This document shows positions 40,293 to 52,705 of a stretch of DNA of 64,000 nt, in pieces; position 1 is the stretch's first letter, and each line of letters starts with the position of its first letter. This DNA comes from Eledone cirrhosa (lineage: Eukaryota): the NCBI GenBank assembly GCA_964016885.1, contig OZ024741.1, forward strand, positions 335,916,001-335,980,000. Reading direction: 5' to 3'. Under the pieces are notes generated by a model. That model did not search any database. It saw nothing but the letters and a program-made list of their open reading frames with translations, and was not told the origin of the DNA. Made by a program: the position numbers and the translations under genes.

Positions 40293-40920
40293 GCAAAAGT
40301 TTTATTTAAATTGTTGGGATACAACAAGCAAATATTTTTATAACTGATATAAAGCACTCGACAAATATTTGGAGTAGATATACGATATTAATAAATGGAA
40401 ACTATATTTATAAAACCATATTTATTTCATTATATATATTTCAAGGATACCAAGTTACATTATGGTATGCCTTCATCAGATAAAATACAATATATAACAG
40501 TTTTATAAATAGACATTGACGTACCCCTTTTAAAAATTGACCGTTGTTTTTGGAGTCCTATCAGCTCATTTCTACAGCTGAGTAAACTGGAGCAATGTGA
40601 AATAAAGTGTCTTGCTCAAGGAAACAACACATCACCCAGTCCGAGAATTGAACTCACAACCTTTCGATTGATAAAATACCATATATAACAGTTTTATAAA
40701 TAGACATTGACGTACCCCTTTTAAAAATTGACCGTTGTTTTTGGAGGCCTCCAAAAACAACGGTCAATTTTTAAAAGGGGTACGTCAATGTCTATTTATA
40801 AAACTGTTATATATGGTATTTTATCTGATGAAGGCATACCATAATGTAACTTGGTATCCTTGAAATATATATAATGAAATAAATATGGGTTTATAAATAT
40901 AGTTTCCATTTATTAATATC

Positions 40921-40923
<3 letters not shown>
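40293..40923. mobile_element. Fold-back related to 38261-38724, HHRs at 40424-40486 (-) and 40818-40880 (+), with internal SINE fragment
   Basis: attttat-CTGATGA-aggcatacca..tggtatcctt-GAA-ATATATAT-A-atgaaat. Palindrome centre ggaggcctcc at 40743-40752. Confidence 0.85.
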
Positions 40924-40959
<36 letters not shown>

Positions 40960-41019
40960 TAAAAAAATAATGAATAAAACAATGAAACAGTTCCTTATAT
41001 TAAACAAAAAAAGTTCATT

Positions 41020-41161
41020 ATTTAACGATCGTTTCTGGGATATATATGTGTTAGAATTGGCATGTATATTTAACAGATCTATGTACAAAATTATACAAAA
41101 TTATACAAACTATCAAAATTAAATATACATACCAACTCATATATATGCCGTCTTCAGAAGA
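41020..41161 (-). ncRNA. Hammerhead motif with 115-nt stem II
   Basis: Minus strand CTGAAGA-cggcatatatatg-agttggtatgtatatttaa...ttaaatatacatgccaatt-ctaaca-catatatatccca-GAA-ACGATCGT-T. Stem I is short and abuts a SINE fragment. Confidence 0.6.
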
Positions 41162-41506
41162 CGTGTTGTGTTGTTTCCTTGAGCAAGACACTTTATTTCA
41201 CATTGCTCCAGTTTACTCAGCTGTAGAAATGAGCTGATAGGACTGGGGTCCTTATTTTAGTTATTGTATCGCCCTAGCTGGAGGTATATTGTCTGTAATG
41301 CGAAAAAATACCTATGATGGCTAGTAGACAACTTCTATTTCTAATCCTTCATTTATTATATATATATATATATATATAGTAAGGTGTATTATTGGTTGTG
41401 TCATACAGTCCAATAAACTTTTGTTAGGATATTAAGTTCGCCACGCTTTTGTATATCTCCAATTCCATTTATGGGAACAGCTAGATGATGTAAAACGGAG
41501 TATTTG

Positions 41507-43400
41507 TATCAAAATAAAAATCCGAAGGCATGGTATAAATTTCCAATCATTTTAATCACGATACATGTTTCAATACGAGATAGATCGATCGTGCGGCCAT
41601 GATCGATTATCACTGAACTCGTCAGGTGAAAATGAATTGTCTTCAAATCCTTGATATGAGGGAGAAAATTTAACGATGTTCACTCACTACAGTTTTGTCC
41701 CCATATGAAGATTAAGCAGCCAAAACACGCCGGCTGCTATCGTCCTCAGTTAGGGTCATAAAACTATCAAGTTTCTATCTCTCAATAGCTGTAAAAGACG
41801 CTGGACGGGTCTAATGTCAACATCAAATCTTTAGAATTACAGTCGGTCACAGTTAGTGTGAGTGAGTACACACACACTCACACACACCGACGCGAGGTCG
41901 AAGAAAAAAAAAATATATATATACAAACCAACATAGTATTCACCGAAAGTTAGTTTACAAAACAACAAATGTTATATTGGTTAAATCTCCATTTGACGAT
42001 ATAAATTGGAGAAATTGGGTCAACCGCAACCCTATACACATGCAAGTAAATTCAGTTCAATGTTCTGCTATATGTGTATCGATTGAATTGTAAATAGTGT
42101 ATGTTTTAGTATTTACACATCCGTATCGTCTAAAACAGTGTATGTTTTGGCATATACACATCCATGTAAAGAGCAAGTAGTCAGCTCATATCGAACTCTG
42201 TATGTGCCGTTGTCCCATTGAGAATCTGAGTCCCCAAATCTGTGCGTGCAAGCAACCGCCATGGGGCTCTGTGTAGGGTTGGGTATTTGAGTTAAGGTGT
42301 CAGTATGTGCATTTTCCCGTCATATGGGCCCTTGGGCTTTTAAGATAGGTGTTTGAGTGGTGGCGGTGTGTTACCCAACACAGAAATAAAATAAAATAAA
42401 ATAAAATAAAATAAAATAAAAAAGAATAGCAAAATCCCGAGGATGTGTGTATGCCCATTAATGGTGTGTAAGTAATATTGTCCAGTCAGTAACCATGAGC
42501 ACTCCATGGTTTGATGATCACGGATTAAAACCTAGTGTAGTATTCAATCGATAGGAACGTGACCAGTCATAACTGTGGGAACTCCTTGTCTAAAGAAACC
42601 GGGTACTGTGTGTAGAATTATGTATAAAGAGCGTAATCGGTCTTAACTGAGTGTGTAATACGTCTAACTATTTACTAACTGAGAGAACTCAATGGTTAGG
42701 ATATTCTAAAGTAATGGTGAGTGCGTGTAATCGGTCTTAACTGCGTGTGTAATCATTCTAACTATTTACTAACTAGGTATTCTAAAGTAGTTGTAAATGT
42801 GCACTCAGCTGTGAGAACTCTGTGGAAACAAACCGAGTACCGTTTGTAAGTGCGCAAACGATCTAAGCTGTCTACTACCTGAGTGTGTGATTGTTTGTTT
42901 TTGTTAATTGAGAGAACTCTATGGCTAAGGTAAAAAGGGAGGAGTTAGTGGAAGGTTACTTTCCAAAATTCCTGCGGAAGGTTTTCGAGGTTCTATGTTG
43001 GCAGTTGGTGTGTGTGAGTCGGTGTGTGTGAGTGTGTGTGTACTCACTCAGACTAACTGTGACCAACTGTAATTCTAAAGATTTGATGTTGACATTAGAC
43101 CCGTCCAGCGTCTTTTACAGCTATTGAGAGATAGAAACTTGATAGTTTTATGACCCTAATTGAGGACGATAGCAGTCAGCGTGTTTTGGTTGCTTAATCT
43201 TCATATGGGGGACAAAACTGTAGTGAGTGAACATCCTTAAATTTTCTCCCTCATATCAAGGATTTGAAGACAATTCATTGATAATCGAGTTCAGTGATAA
43301 TCGATCATGGCAGCACGATCGATCTATCTCTTATTGAAACATGTATCGTGATTAAAATGATTGGAAATTTATATCATGCCTTCGGATCTTTATTTTGATA
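41507..43400. mobile_element. Non-coding PLE-like insertion: ~385-bp inverted arms around a 1.1-kb spacer; HHR-like motif 41556-41629 (-)
   Basis: 41507-41890 is inverted against 43018-43400. The left arm minus strand reads CTGACGA-[47 nt]-GAA-ACATGT-A. The right arm has lost the CTGA core. Confidence 0.7.
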
Positions 43401-43434
43401 TATATATATATATATATATATGTATCTATGTGTA

Positions 43435-43495
<61 letters not shown>

Positions 43496-43644
43496 AAATA
43501 TGTATATGCATATATATGTATAAATATGTATACGTATATATATAAATATGTATATGTATATATAAATATGTATATGTATATATGTATGTGTATATATATG
43601 TATGTGTATATATATGTTTGTATGTGTATATATATGTATGTGTA

Positions 43645-45681
43645 TGAGGAGAATGCATGGGAAGAAGAGACCCTACCCCAAGTAGACCCTATAGAGGGAC
43701 CAGCAGTACAAGTCAACAGCAGCGTAGTAAGTAAGGCAATCAAAGATATGAAGATGGGGAAGGCAACCGGTCCATCGGGTATAGCTGCCGAGATGCTGAA
43801 GGCATCTGGGTTTGTAGGTCACACTATAACCACACGTATTGTTAACCAGGTAATACTAGAAGGTGTCATACCAAAAGATTGGTGCAGTAGCATCATTGTC
43901 AACTGCTACAAAGGTAAAGGCGATGCACTAGATAGAGGAAACTATAGAGGTATAAAGTTGATGGACCAGGTCATGAAAGTAACAGAAAGAGTTATAGCAC
44001 AGTTGATTAGGGACCGGGTGAAAATAGACGAGATGCAATTTGGGTTTGTACCAGGAAGAGGCACCACTGATGCCCTCTTCCTTGTGAGGCAATTACAGGA
44101 AAAGTACCTAGCTAAAAGTAAGCCACTCTACTTGGCATTTGTCGACCTTGAGAAAGCCTTTGACAGAGTTCCACGTGCTGTAATCTGGTGGGCTCTTAGA
44201 AAACTAGGAGTAGATGAATGGCTTGTGAAAGTGGTACAAGCCATGTATAGGGGAGCAGTCAGCAAAGTTAGGATTAGCAATGAGTATAGCGAGGAATTTA
44301 GCGTACAGGTTGGGGTCCACCAGGGCTCTGTTCTTAGCCCCCTCCTGTTCATCATAGTCCTGCAGGCAATAACGGAGGAGTTTAAGACCGGATGCCCATG
44401 GGAACTCCTGTATGCTGATGACCTCGCACTCATAGCTGAATCTATGGTAGAACTAGAGAGTAAATTCCAAACTTGGAAGCGGGGACTAGAAAGAAAGGGT
44501 TTCAAAGTCAACATGACAAAGACTAAGGTCCTTGTAAGTAGACGAGAAAACAGAACCCAGATCCCCTCAGGGAAATGGCCTTGCTCAGTATGTAGGAAAG
44601 GTGTAGGTAGGAACTCCATTCTCTGCCCCAAATGCAAACAATGGGTACACAAGAGATGTAGCGGGATCTCAGGAAGCTTAATTAAGAATGTAGGCTTCAC
44701 ATGCAGCAGCTGTGCTGAGACAGCAAGCAGCAAACAGCCACAGGAAACAAGTACCACCAATCTCTGGGAGGGCTCTGAAGAAACAGTAGACAGCTTCTGC
44801 TACCTAGGTGACCGAATTAGCAGTGGAGGTGGGTGTTCAGAAAGTACAATAACTAGGGTAAGAACGGGATGGAAGAAGTTTAGGGAACTACTACCACTGC
44901 TAGCTGCAAAAGGCTTCTCCCTCAGAATGAAAGGCAGACTGTATGATGCGTATATCCGAACAGCAATGTTGCATGGTAGTGAGACCTGGTTGCTGAAGGT
45001 GGAAGACTTACGTAGATTAGAGAGAAACGAAGCCTGCATGCTCCGATGGATGTGTAACAGTAATATACATGAACGACAAAGCATAAATGAATTGAGAGAG
45101 AGACTGAGCATAAGAGGAATCAAATGCTGTGTGCAGGAGAGGCGGTTGCGCTGGTATGGACATGTGATGCGTATGAAGAATGACAGCTGCATAAAAAGGT
45201 GCAGAGCACTAGAAGTTGATGGAAACCGCGGAGTGAGGAGACCCAAGATGACTTGGGATGAGGTGATAAAAGCCGACCTTACCCAATTACACCTCTCAAA
45301 GGCAATGACACACGACCGTGACTTCTGACGTCACGTAGTAATACAGAGTTCCCGACCTCTCATGGGTACTAGCTGAAGCATATAGACAATATGCCCCCAC
45401 ACCCTCCCACCGCAAGGTGGTCGTGGAGGTGCCACGGCAAAAAAGCACCCAGCCCACACTGTAAAGTGGACGTGTAGGCGCCACGAAAAAGCACCCAGCA
45501 CTCACTGTAAATGAGGTTGGTGTTAGGAAGGGCATCCAGCTGTAGAAATCAAGCTAAATCAGTTCCTGTATGAGCAAGGCATGGTCAGCCGACCCAGACA
45601 CTGCCCACAACAGGACAACCCGTCTAACCCATGCTAGCGTGGAAGAACGGACGTAAAACGGTGATGATGGTGATGATGATG
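43645..45681 (+). mobile_element. 5'-truncated RTE LINE (subfamily A), RT reading frame uninterrupted 43646-45328
   Basis: [39 protein letters not shown], a PHD-like finger and RRLRWYGHV. The 3' UTR ends in (gat)n. Confidence 0.95.
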
Positions 45682-45833
45682 TATGTATGTGTATATATAT
45701 ATTTTTGTATGTATGATACATATATATATGTATGTGTATATATATTTATATGTGTATATATATTTATGTATGTGTGTATATATGTATATATATATGTGTA
45801 TATATATATATGTATTTGTATAAATATGTATAC

Positions 45834-45883
<50 letters not shown>

Positions 45884-45906
45884 GTGTATATATATGTATA
45901 TATATA

Positions 45907-45946
<40 letters not shown>

Positions 45947-46919
45947 AACATTAAGAGACAGAAGCAAACATTTCAAGAAACTATTTTGAATTCTCTTACA
46001 TTTTTTAGTTATTAAAATAGCTTCACAACCCTAAACCATAAACATAACAGTAAATCCTAATAAAAACATAAGTTTGTTAGTCAGTTATAAAAAAAAAAGC
46101 AACATAAATCTCCAGCCCTCTTACTGCCCCCTTCTTTTTCTCCCTCTCTTTCCCCTCATGGTCACTGGCATGTCTATATTATCTCAAATGATTTAAATGT
46201 TATGGAGAAAAAGAAATTAGGATTTGAGAATTTCTTTTGTTGACAGTTGGATAACAATGAACAAAAATAAAAGTGCCTGTTATTTTTGTTTGAAACACCT
46301 GATTATGAAGGGAAGAATAAAATATTTTATAAAGTATTGTCAGATTTTTTTCTACCCATCATTTTAAAATACCAAACAATGGTATTTGAAATCATGTTTC
46401 ACTATCTTATAGTAATAAAAAAGTGGATCTATTTTTCTATACATTATATCTCCATATTCACTGGTTTGTTTTAAACCAAATAAAGAACACAATCAGAAAT
46501 TTGGCAGCTCCATTATAGCACTAGTATATTCCTAGTCATATCGTTACATACATTCAGAAGTGAAATCAAGCCTTGATTTGATATGTACTTGTGATTCAAC
46601 ACATGAATTATATATACACACACTTGCAAGAATTCCTATAGAAGCAACTGAATCATATCATTTGGAATTTGAATAAATAATCACATGTAATATCAATCTA
46701 GCTATTTCGTTCCATATACAATTACAAAAGGTATCCCATTTTAGTGTTTATCATCAAGTGGTTGTGTGTTTTCAAATTTGTTATCAATCAAGGCAACAAT
46801 GGTGTCACCTTTTGTCGTTACAGAGGTGTCACTCTTCTGGAATATCATTTATTTTGTGTTGGTCTATCTACTACAGATCATATGGCATCTGCTCCGAATG
46901 TGTGCACATCGTTGCCACT

Positions 46920-47380
46920 GACAGTATTTTAGATCTGTCTACACTGTAAAGTCTGTTTACACTGTACTACTCTCTATACAGTGATGTCAACACAGTAGTT
47001 CTGTCTACACAGTACTGTCAGCAGAAAAAGGCTGTTTACACGTTACTACTACCAATACAGTATGTCTGTCTACACAGTATGGTCTACACTATACTACTGT
47101 CTACACAGTCCTACTGTCTATACAGCGATGTCAACACAATAGGTCTGTCTACACAATAATGTTCACACTCTAGGTTTGTCTACACAGTGATGTCATCACA
47201 GTAGATCTGTCTACACAATACTACTGCCTACACAGTACTCTCTGCACAGTAGTCCTGTCTATACACTGATGTCAACACAGTAGGTGTGTCTACACTGTAC
47301 TACACTCTACACAGTAGTTCTGTCTATACAGTAATGCTGTCTACACACTATTCTCTACACACTACTACAGTCTATTCCCA
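46920..47380. repeat. Degenerate short-unit minisatellite (tgtctacacagta)
   Basis: Read directly from the sequence. Confidence 0.8.
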
Positions 47381-47515
47381 CCATATTGTCCAATACCACT
47401 CCCCTTATTATCAGTAAGTATTCTTCATTCCTGACTTGTAATTTGTGTCTTCTGAATTTGATCATTCTGGAGACTTTGTTTCTTCTGAAGTTGACACAGC
47501 TTGAGGCACTGTGGA

Positions 47516-47755
47516 ACATGTGCAGTCAATGTAATGCAGTATTACATGTGCAGTCAGTGTAATGTAGTATTACATGTGCAGTCAATGTAATGCAGTATTA
47601 AATGTGCAGTCAATGTGATGTAGTATTAAATGTGCAGTCAATTTGATGCAGGATTACATGTACAGTCAATATGCTGCAGTTTCACATGTGTAGTCAATAT
47701 GATACATGTGCAATCAATGATGTGATGCAGCATTACATGTGCAGTCTATGTGTAA
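47516..47755. repeat. 28-bp minisatellite acatgtgcagtcaatgtaatgcagtatt
   Basis: About 8 decaying copies. Confidence 0.85.
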
Positions 47756-47936
47756 CTAGTGCAGAGAATTTACAGCAAATATCCCATTAATTATTCCCTG
47801 CAATGTTTCATGTTGACATAGACCTGTTCACCTATTTGTAAAAGTAATTGAGAATCAAAAGTTATTGACTTATAAGTATACTGGTATTGATAATATTAAG
47901 GTTTTGTAGATGCTGTACATAAGGAATATTACTATA

Positions 47937-49398
47937 CTAGCAGTAAAGCTCGGCGTTGCTCGGGGCTGCTCAGTAGCTGTGTTAAAGTTACAATGTTAAG
48001 TTCCTTTCTTGGCTTAAAAACTGTAGAGTCTACAGTGTAGACTTTCATGTGGTACTTTTGATTAATATTCCCTCAACCAACAATATGCCTTATGAAGTTA
48101 AGAAAACATAACCATAACTCGAATGTTAAAACAAAAGAGGATGCTGGGGATAAAAACTGCACTGGTAATCTATTAACAAAAATCGAAAATGTAAACACTG
48201 CAACACTTGTCTCAGAGAAAAACATCAGCATAACCAAACTATCAGTTATTTTGAAACAAAGAAATTGGATGGACATGAAAAAAAAAAAAAATGCAATTTC
48301 ATCGCCTATCACCTCTCTGTACGACTGTCTCTCTGCACAACTTTATCGCCTATAGCAGTAAAGCTCGGCGTTGCTCGGGGCTGCTCAGTAGCTGTGTTAA
48401 CGTTACAATGTTAAGTTCCCTTCACATTCATCTGTAGAACAAACGTAGCCCATGTATCAAGTTTTGTGAAAATCGGTTGCGAACTATAGAAGTTATGACG
48501 TCTTGTTGCATTGCACTGCAGTGCTTCAGTCGACTCCAAGGAAGTGGTTAAAGGGGGTTATCTGCCGGGAGGCCCTATAATCAATATCTGGAAAAATGAA
48601 AGTGCCCATGACCATAAGTAACCTATGTCTTAAGTTTGGTGAAAATACTGTAGAAATGCATAAGGTTTACACACACACACGCGCGTGTGTGTGTGTGTGT
48701 GTGTATGTATTTGTGTGTGCGTATGTATGTGTATGTCCGTCGGCGCATATGTATGTACTGGCCTAAATCTTCACTATTTACTTTTACTATTTTAAGGCAA
48801 AGTTAAAATCCCGTCGAGGTTTACTTTGCCTTTCATCCTTACGGGGTCGATAAAATAAAGTACCAGTAATGTACTGGGTAATTGCTGGCCTTGTGCCAAA
48901 AGTAGAAACAACTATTTTAATAACTTCTGTCATTTTCGTTTACAATTTTATTTACATCATTCTTAAACTCCAGGGCTGGAAATTATTCGGTTATTTTAAA
49001 TAGATTATTAGTCTAACGACTCCATTTACGCCATAAACTTGGTCTCGTCTTTGCATGAAATTGTTCTTCTCGGTCCACATGATGTATTATCCTCGATTTT
49101 TTTCTGTTCATTACCACGGAACGTCTTCCTGTTTTCCTTCGGTTGCAACGTTTCTCGAAATATTTAATTCTGCATTCATAGATTGAATTTTTTAGTTTAA
49201 GAAGATCTCGTTAATGTTGAAAACAGCGATTCTTTGCTTAAACTTTCTTTCTTTCTCAACCCCTCTCCCTTTTTTCTCATGTCCTCTCTCTCTCTCTCAC
49301 TCATACCCCCTTTCTCTCTCTTCCTCTACAGAATGGAGAACAATAAAGAACGCGCAGATCGCTCTTTCTCTCTCTCTCTCTGTCTTTATATATATGTG

Positions 49399-49434
<36 letters not shown>

Positions 49435-50211
49435 CCAGCGTTCGTCGCCATTCTCTCTCTCTCTCTCTCTATCTGATTATCTTGTACCTCTCTCTGTATA
49501 ACAACCTATCTCACTCTCTCTCTCTCTACATCTCCCTTTCTCTCCTTAGATGTATATGTGTGTGTGTGTGATATATATATAGAGAGAGTTGCAACATGTA
49601 TGTAGTTTCATAGATTTTTTAGGGTAGTAGTGAGAGGAATTAAGCGTGTAAGAGAGAGGGTTACAGTATGTATATAGTTTTATCGATTTTTTTTTTCATA
49701 GAAGCAGGAAACTTTTGGCAAAGTTTATTATGCGTTGACCAGTCTTGGTAAATTTGGATCACATTGGAAAAAAAATCATCAAAATCGGTAGAGAAATGTG
49801 GAAATGCATAAAAATCATACACACACATGGAGGCACATGGCTTAGTGGTTAGAGCATTGGCCTTGCAATCGAAAGGTTGTGAGTTCAATTCTCAGACCGG
49901 GTGATGTGTTGTTTCCTTGAGCAAGACACTTTATTTCACATTGCTCCAGTTTACTCAGCTGTAGAAATGAGATGATAGGACTGGAGTCAATATCATTCCA
50001 CTGCAAAGTGGTCGTGGAGGTGCCACGGCAAAAAAACACCCAGCACTCACTGTAAATGAGATTGCTGTTAGGAAGGGCATCCAGCTGTAGAAATCAAGCC
50101 AGAATCAGTTCCCATCTCACCCTTGCAAGCAGGGAAAAGTGGACGTAAAATGATGATGATGATGATGATGACACACACAGGCGGACATCTTCCATTTTAT
50201 ATATATAGAGA
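47937..50211 (-). mobile_element. Non-autonomous Helitron-like element with duplicated 3' end and nested SINEs
   Basis: The minus strand starts A|TCTCTATATATATAAAA at 50211 and ends cccgagcaacgccgagctttactgCTAG|T at 47937. The terminal ~68 bp is duplicated at 48353-48420. Confidence 0.75.
49829..50170 (+). mobile_element. tRNA-derived SINE with RTE tail
   Basis: Same head, core and tail as 22221-22670. Confidence 0.88.
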
Positions 50212-50574
50212 TTACATAGAATATTTACAATGTACAATATATTTAAAATTAAGGTTTTGTAAATCCAGTAGATAAGTCACACCTCCATTTTGCATATGAT
50301 TTTTAAAATGTACCATATATTTTAAATTGAGGTTTTGTAGATCCAGCAGATAAGTCACTATTTTATTTTACATAGCATATTTACAGAGTGCCATATATTT
50401 TAATTTGGGGTTGTGTAGGTCCAGTAGATAAGTCACACCTTCATTTTTAAACATTTACAATGTACCATACATTTTTACTTGAACTTTTGTATGCCCACTA
50501 AATAAGTCACCAGGTGGTTTTCCATGTAATTTCACAGAAAAATGTGTGACAACCGAATCTAAATTGAGGATCTT

Positions 50575-50800
50575 CTCACTCATGTTGGAATAACCCCCAT
50601 CCCTAGCTGATCTCCACTGCTCATTTCTTATCCCTTGCTATATTGGGCCTTGTGGGGCTGAGGTATCTGGTCAGATCATCGTACCATCTTGATTTTGGCT
50701 GCCCTCTAGTTCTCCACTGCATTGGTGTCCACTCTGTCACTTTTATAGTCCACTCCTTGACTCTGAAATGAGGGACATGGCCAGCCCATAGCCCATTTAT
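50575..50800 (-). pseudogene. Old RTE-type LINE C-terminal fragment
   Basis: WAGHV...WTIKVTEWTP...RGQPKSRWYDDL. Confidence 0.7.
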
Positions 50801-51125
50801 GTGTGGCTTATACAGAGTAAATGCTGTAGATTAATCTTAATATTTTTAGATTTTCCAGTTTCCTTGAAGATGCTGGGTTGCCGATTCATATAACTTATAC
50901 CAGCAAGAAATAGATATGCGAGGGTCGGCTGAAAAGTCATAGCCTGACCGAGATGCTCTTATTGAATGACCAAATGAGGTTTATCTTTCAAGATAGTCCC
51001 TGGAAAGAAACAATGCAGTTATTAATAAGAAGAGTTGAAATTAATGCATGCAAGATTTCCCAGCTCTAGCATCACCCTGTCATAGTCACCCTATGAACTT
51101 TTCAGCCCTTGCAAGAATATATATA

Positions 51126-52415
51126 CAGGATGCGGACGATATTTGCTGTCTATGAAAAAATAACACAGTAGTTTTATTTTTTAAGATATATTTATCAAAC
51201 TTGGGTCAGTTTGTCTTCATGACTTGTTCTTTCGATCTCACTCGATATACCCGCTATTGGCTTTGACGACAGCCTCAAGGCGGCCTTGGAACCGGCTACA
51301 GGCCTTCGTCATTGTCCCCAACTTAGGCCCCTAAAGGCACTTGTGATCCTGGCCTTCAGATCGTCTTTCGTATTGCAGCTAGATCTGTTGGTGTCTCGTT
51401 CCACTGCACCCCACACAAAGAAGTCGAGAGGGTTGCAGTCAAGCGAGCTGGGAGGCCAGATGTCAGGTGACGTGTGGTCGACGAAGTTCTCTGACAGCCA
51501 GGCTTGGGTTTTTCGGCTGGTATGGCAGGACGCTGAGTCTTGCTGCCACACGTATGGCCTACCTGCAGCTACCTGGTCAATCCAGGGCTTTACTACCTCA
51601 CTCAGAATGCGGATGTAGCCATCCGTGTTCAGCTTGAGGCCCTCAAGAAGTGAGGTGGCATGACGTCACCTTGACTGCTGACGACACCTAAGACCAATGT
51701 TGTCGCTGGAAACTTTGTCTGCATGACTCTGGGCACGTCTTTGGATGAGACAGTGAGTCACCTGTTGTTCTGGGAGTTGATCTTCTGGTCTTGGCAGAAG
51801 TTTTTCTCGTCGGAGAAAAACCACAGCATATCTGGCTCCAGTGGGTGTTTCAACTTGTTGATCAGCTTCTTTGCGTGCTTCAGTCTCTTTTCTTGCATCC
51901 CCTTTGACAGAAATTGTCCTTTCCTCATCTTGTATGAAATGTAGCGAATGTCTTCATGTACCACCAGCCTAATGAGCTTTTGATCCACGCCTTTCTCCCT
52001 TGCAATGGCACACATCGACTTGCTAGGTTCATTGTTGATGATATCCTGAACTTCAGCGACGAACTCGAGCTTTCTGAAGGCATTAGATCGTCGATCATGT
52101 GTTTTCCTCTCTGATGTTGCTTTGTAGTCGAATCCTGAATCTTTCAATTCCTTTCTGACCTTTTCCACCATTCTCCTGCTGACGCTGAGAAAGTCTGAAA
52201 TTTCCTTATTTGTCCTCCCAGCGCGGATTCCAAGAACAACTCTGTGTCTCTTCCACAAATTTGGAGGTTCAAAATTATTCATAATCAATTATTCTGAAAA
52301 TAAATAATGGAAATATAGTCACTGTTTTTATGAAGACAAGATTGACAAAGGAAGTAAAAAGAATTTGCATAAAATTAGCAGTTGAAAATTGCGAACAAAT
52401 ATCGTCCACACCCTG
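51126..52415 (-). mobile_element. Full-length maT (DD37D) Tc1/mariner transposon, disrupted transposase
   Basis: TIRs caggatgcggacgatatttg / caaatatcgtccacaccctg with TA on both sides. Motifs FFSDEKNF and WQQD...NPLD, with 37 residues between the 2nd and 3rd Asp. A stop and frameshifts split the ORF. Confidence 0.92.
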
Positions 52416-52424
52416 TATATATAT

Positions 52425-52705
52425 ATAAAGTGGTTGTGCCCACATTGTCAAGTGGTTGTGTAGGTGTCATGAAAAAAAGCACCCATCCCACACTGTAAAG
52501 TGGTCTAGTAGATATCACAACAAAAAGCACACAGAACTCACTGTAATGTAGTTGGCTTTAAGAAGGGCATCCAGCTGTAGAACCAAGCCAAAATCAGTTC
52601 TGTATGAGCAGTACATGGTCACCTGACCTGGCCTATCTCACAACTGGACGTGTCTAACCCATGCTAGTGTGGAAAAATGTACATTAAACTGTGATAATGA
52701 TGATT
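52425..52705 (+). mobile_element. RTE-type 3' tail fragment
   Basis: aaaaagcaccca...gaagggcatccagctgtagaa...aacccatgctag. Confidence 0.7.

Noticed and set aside
43361-43645. N-terminal ~95 aa of the 655-aa ORF
   Set aside because: This is microsatellite read in frame with a 5'-truncated RTE. Homology starts at EENAW.
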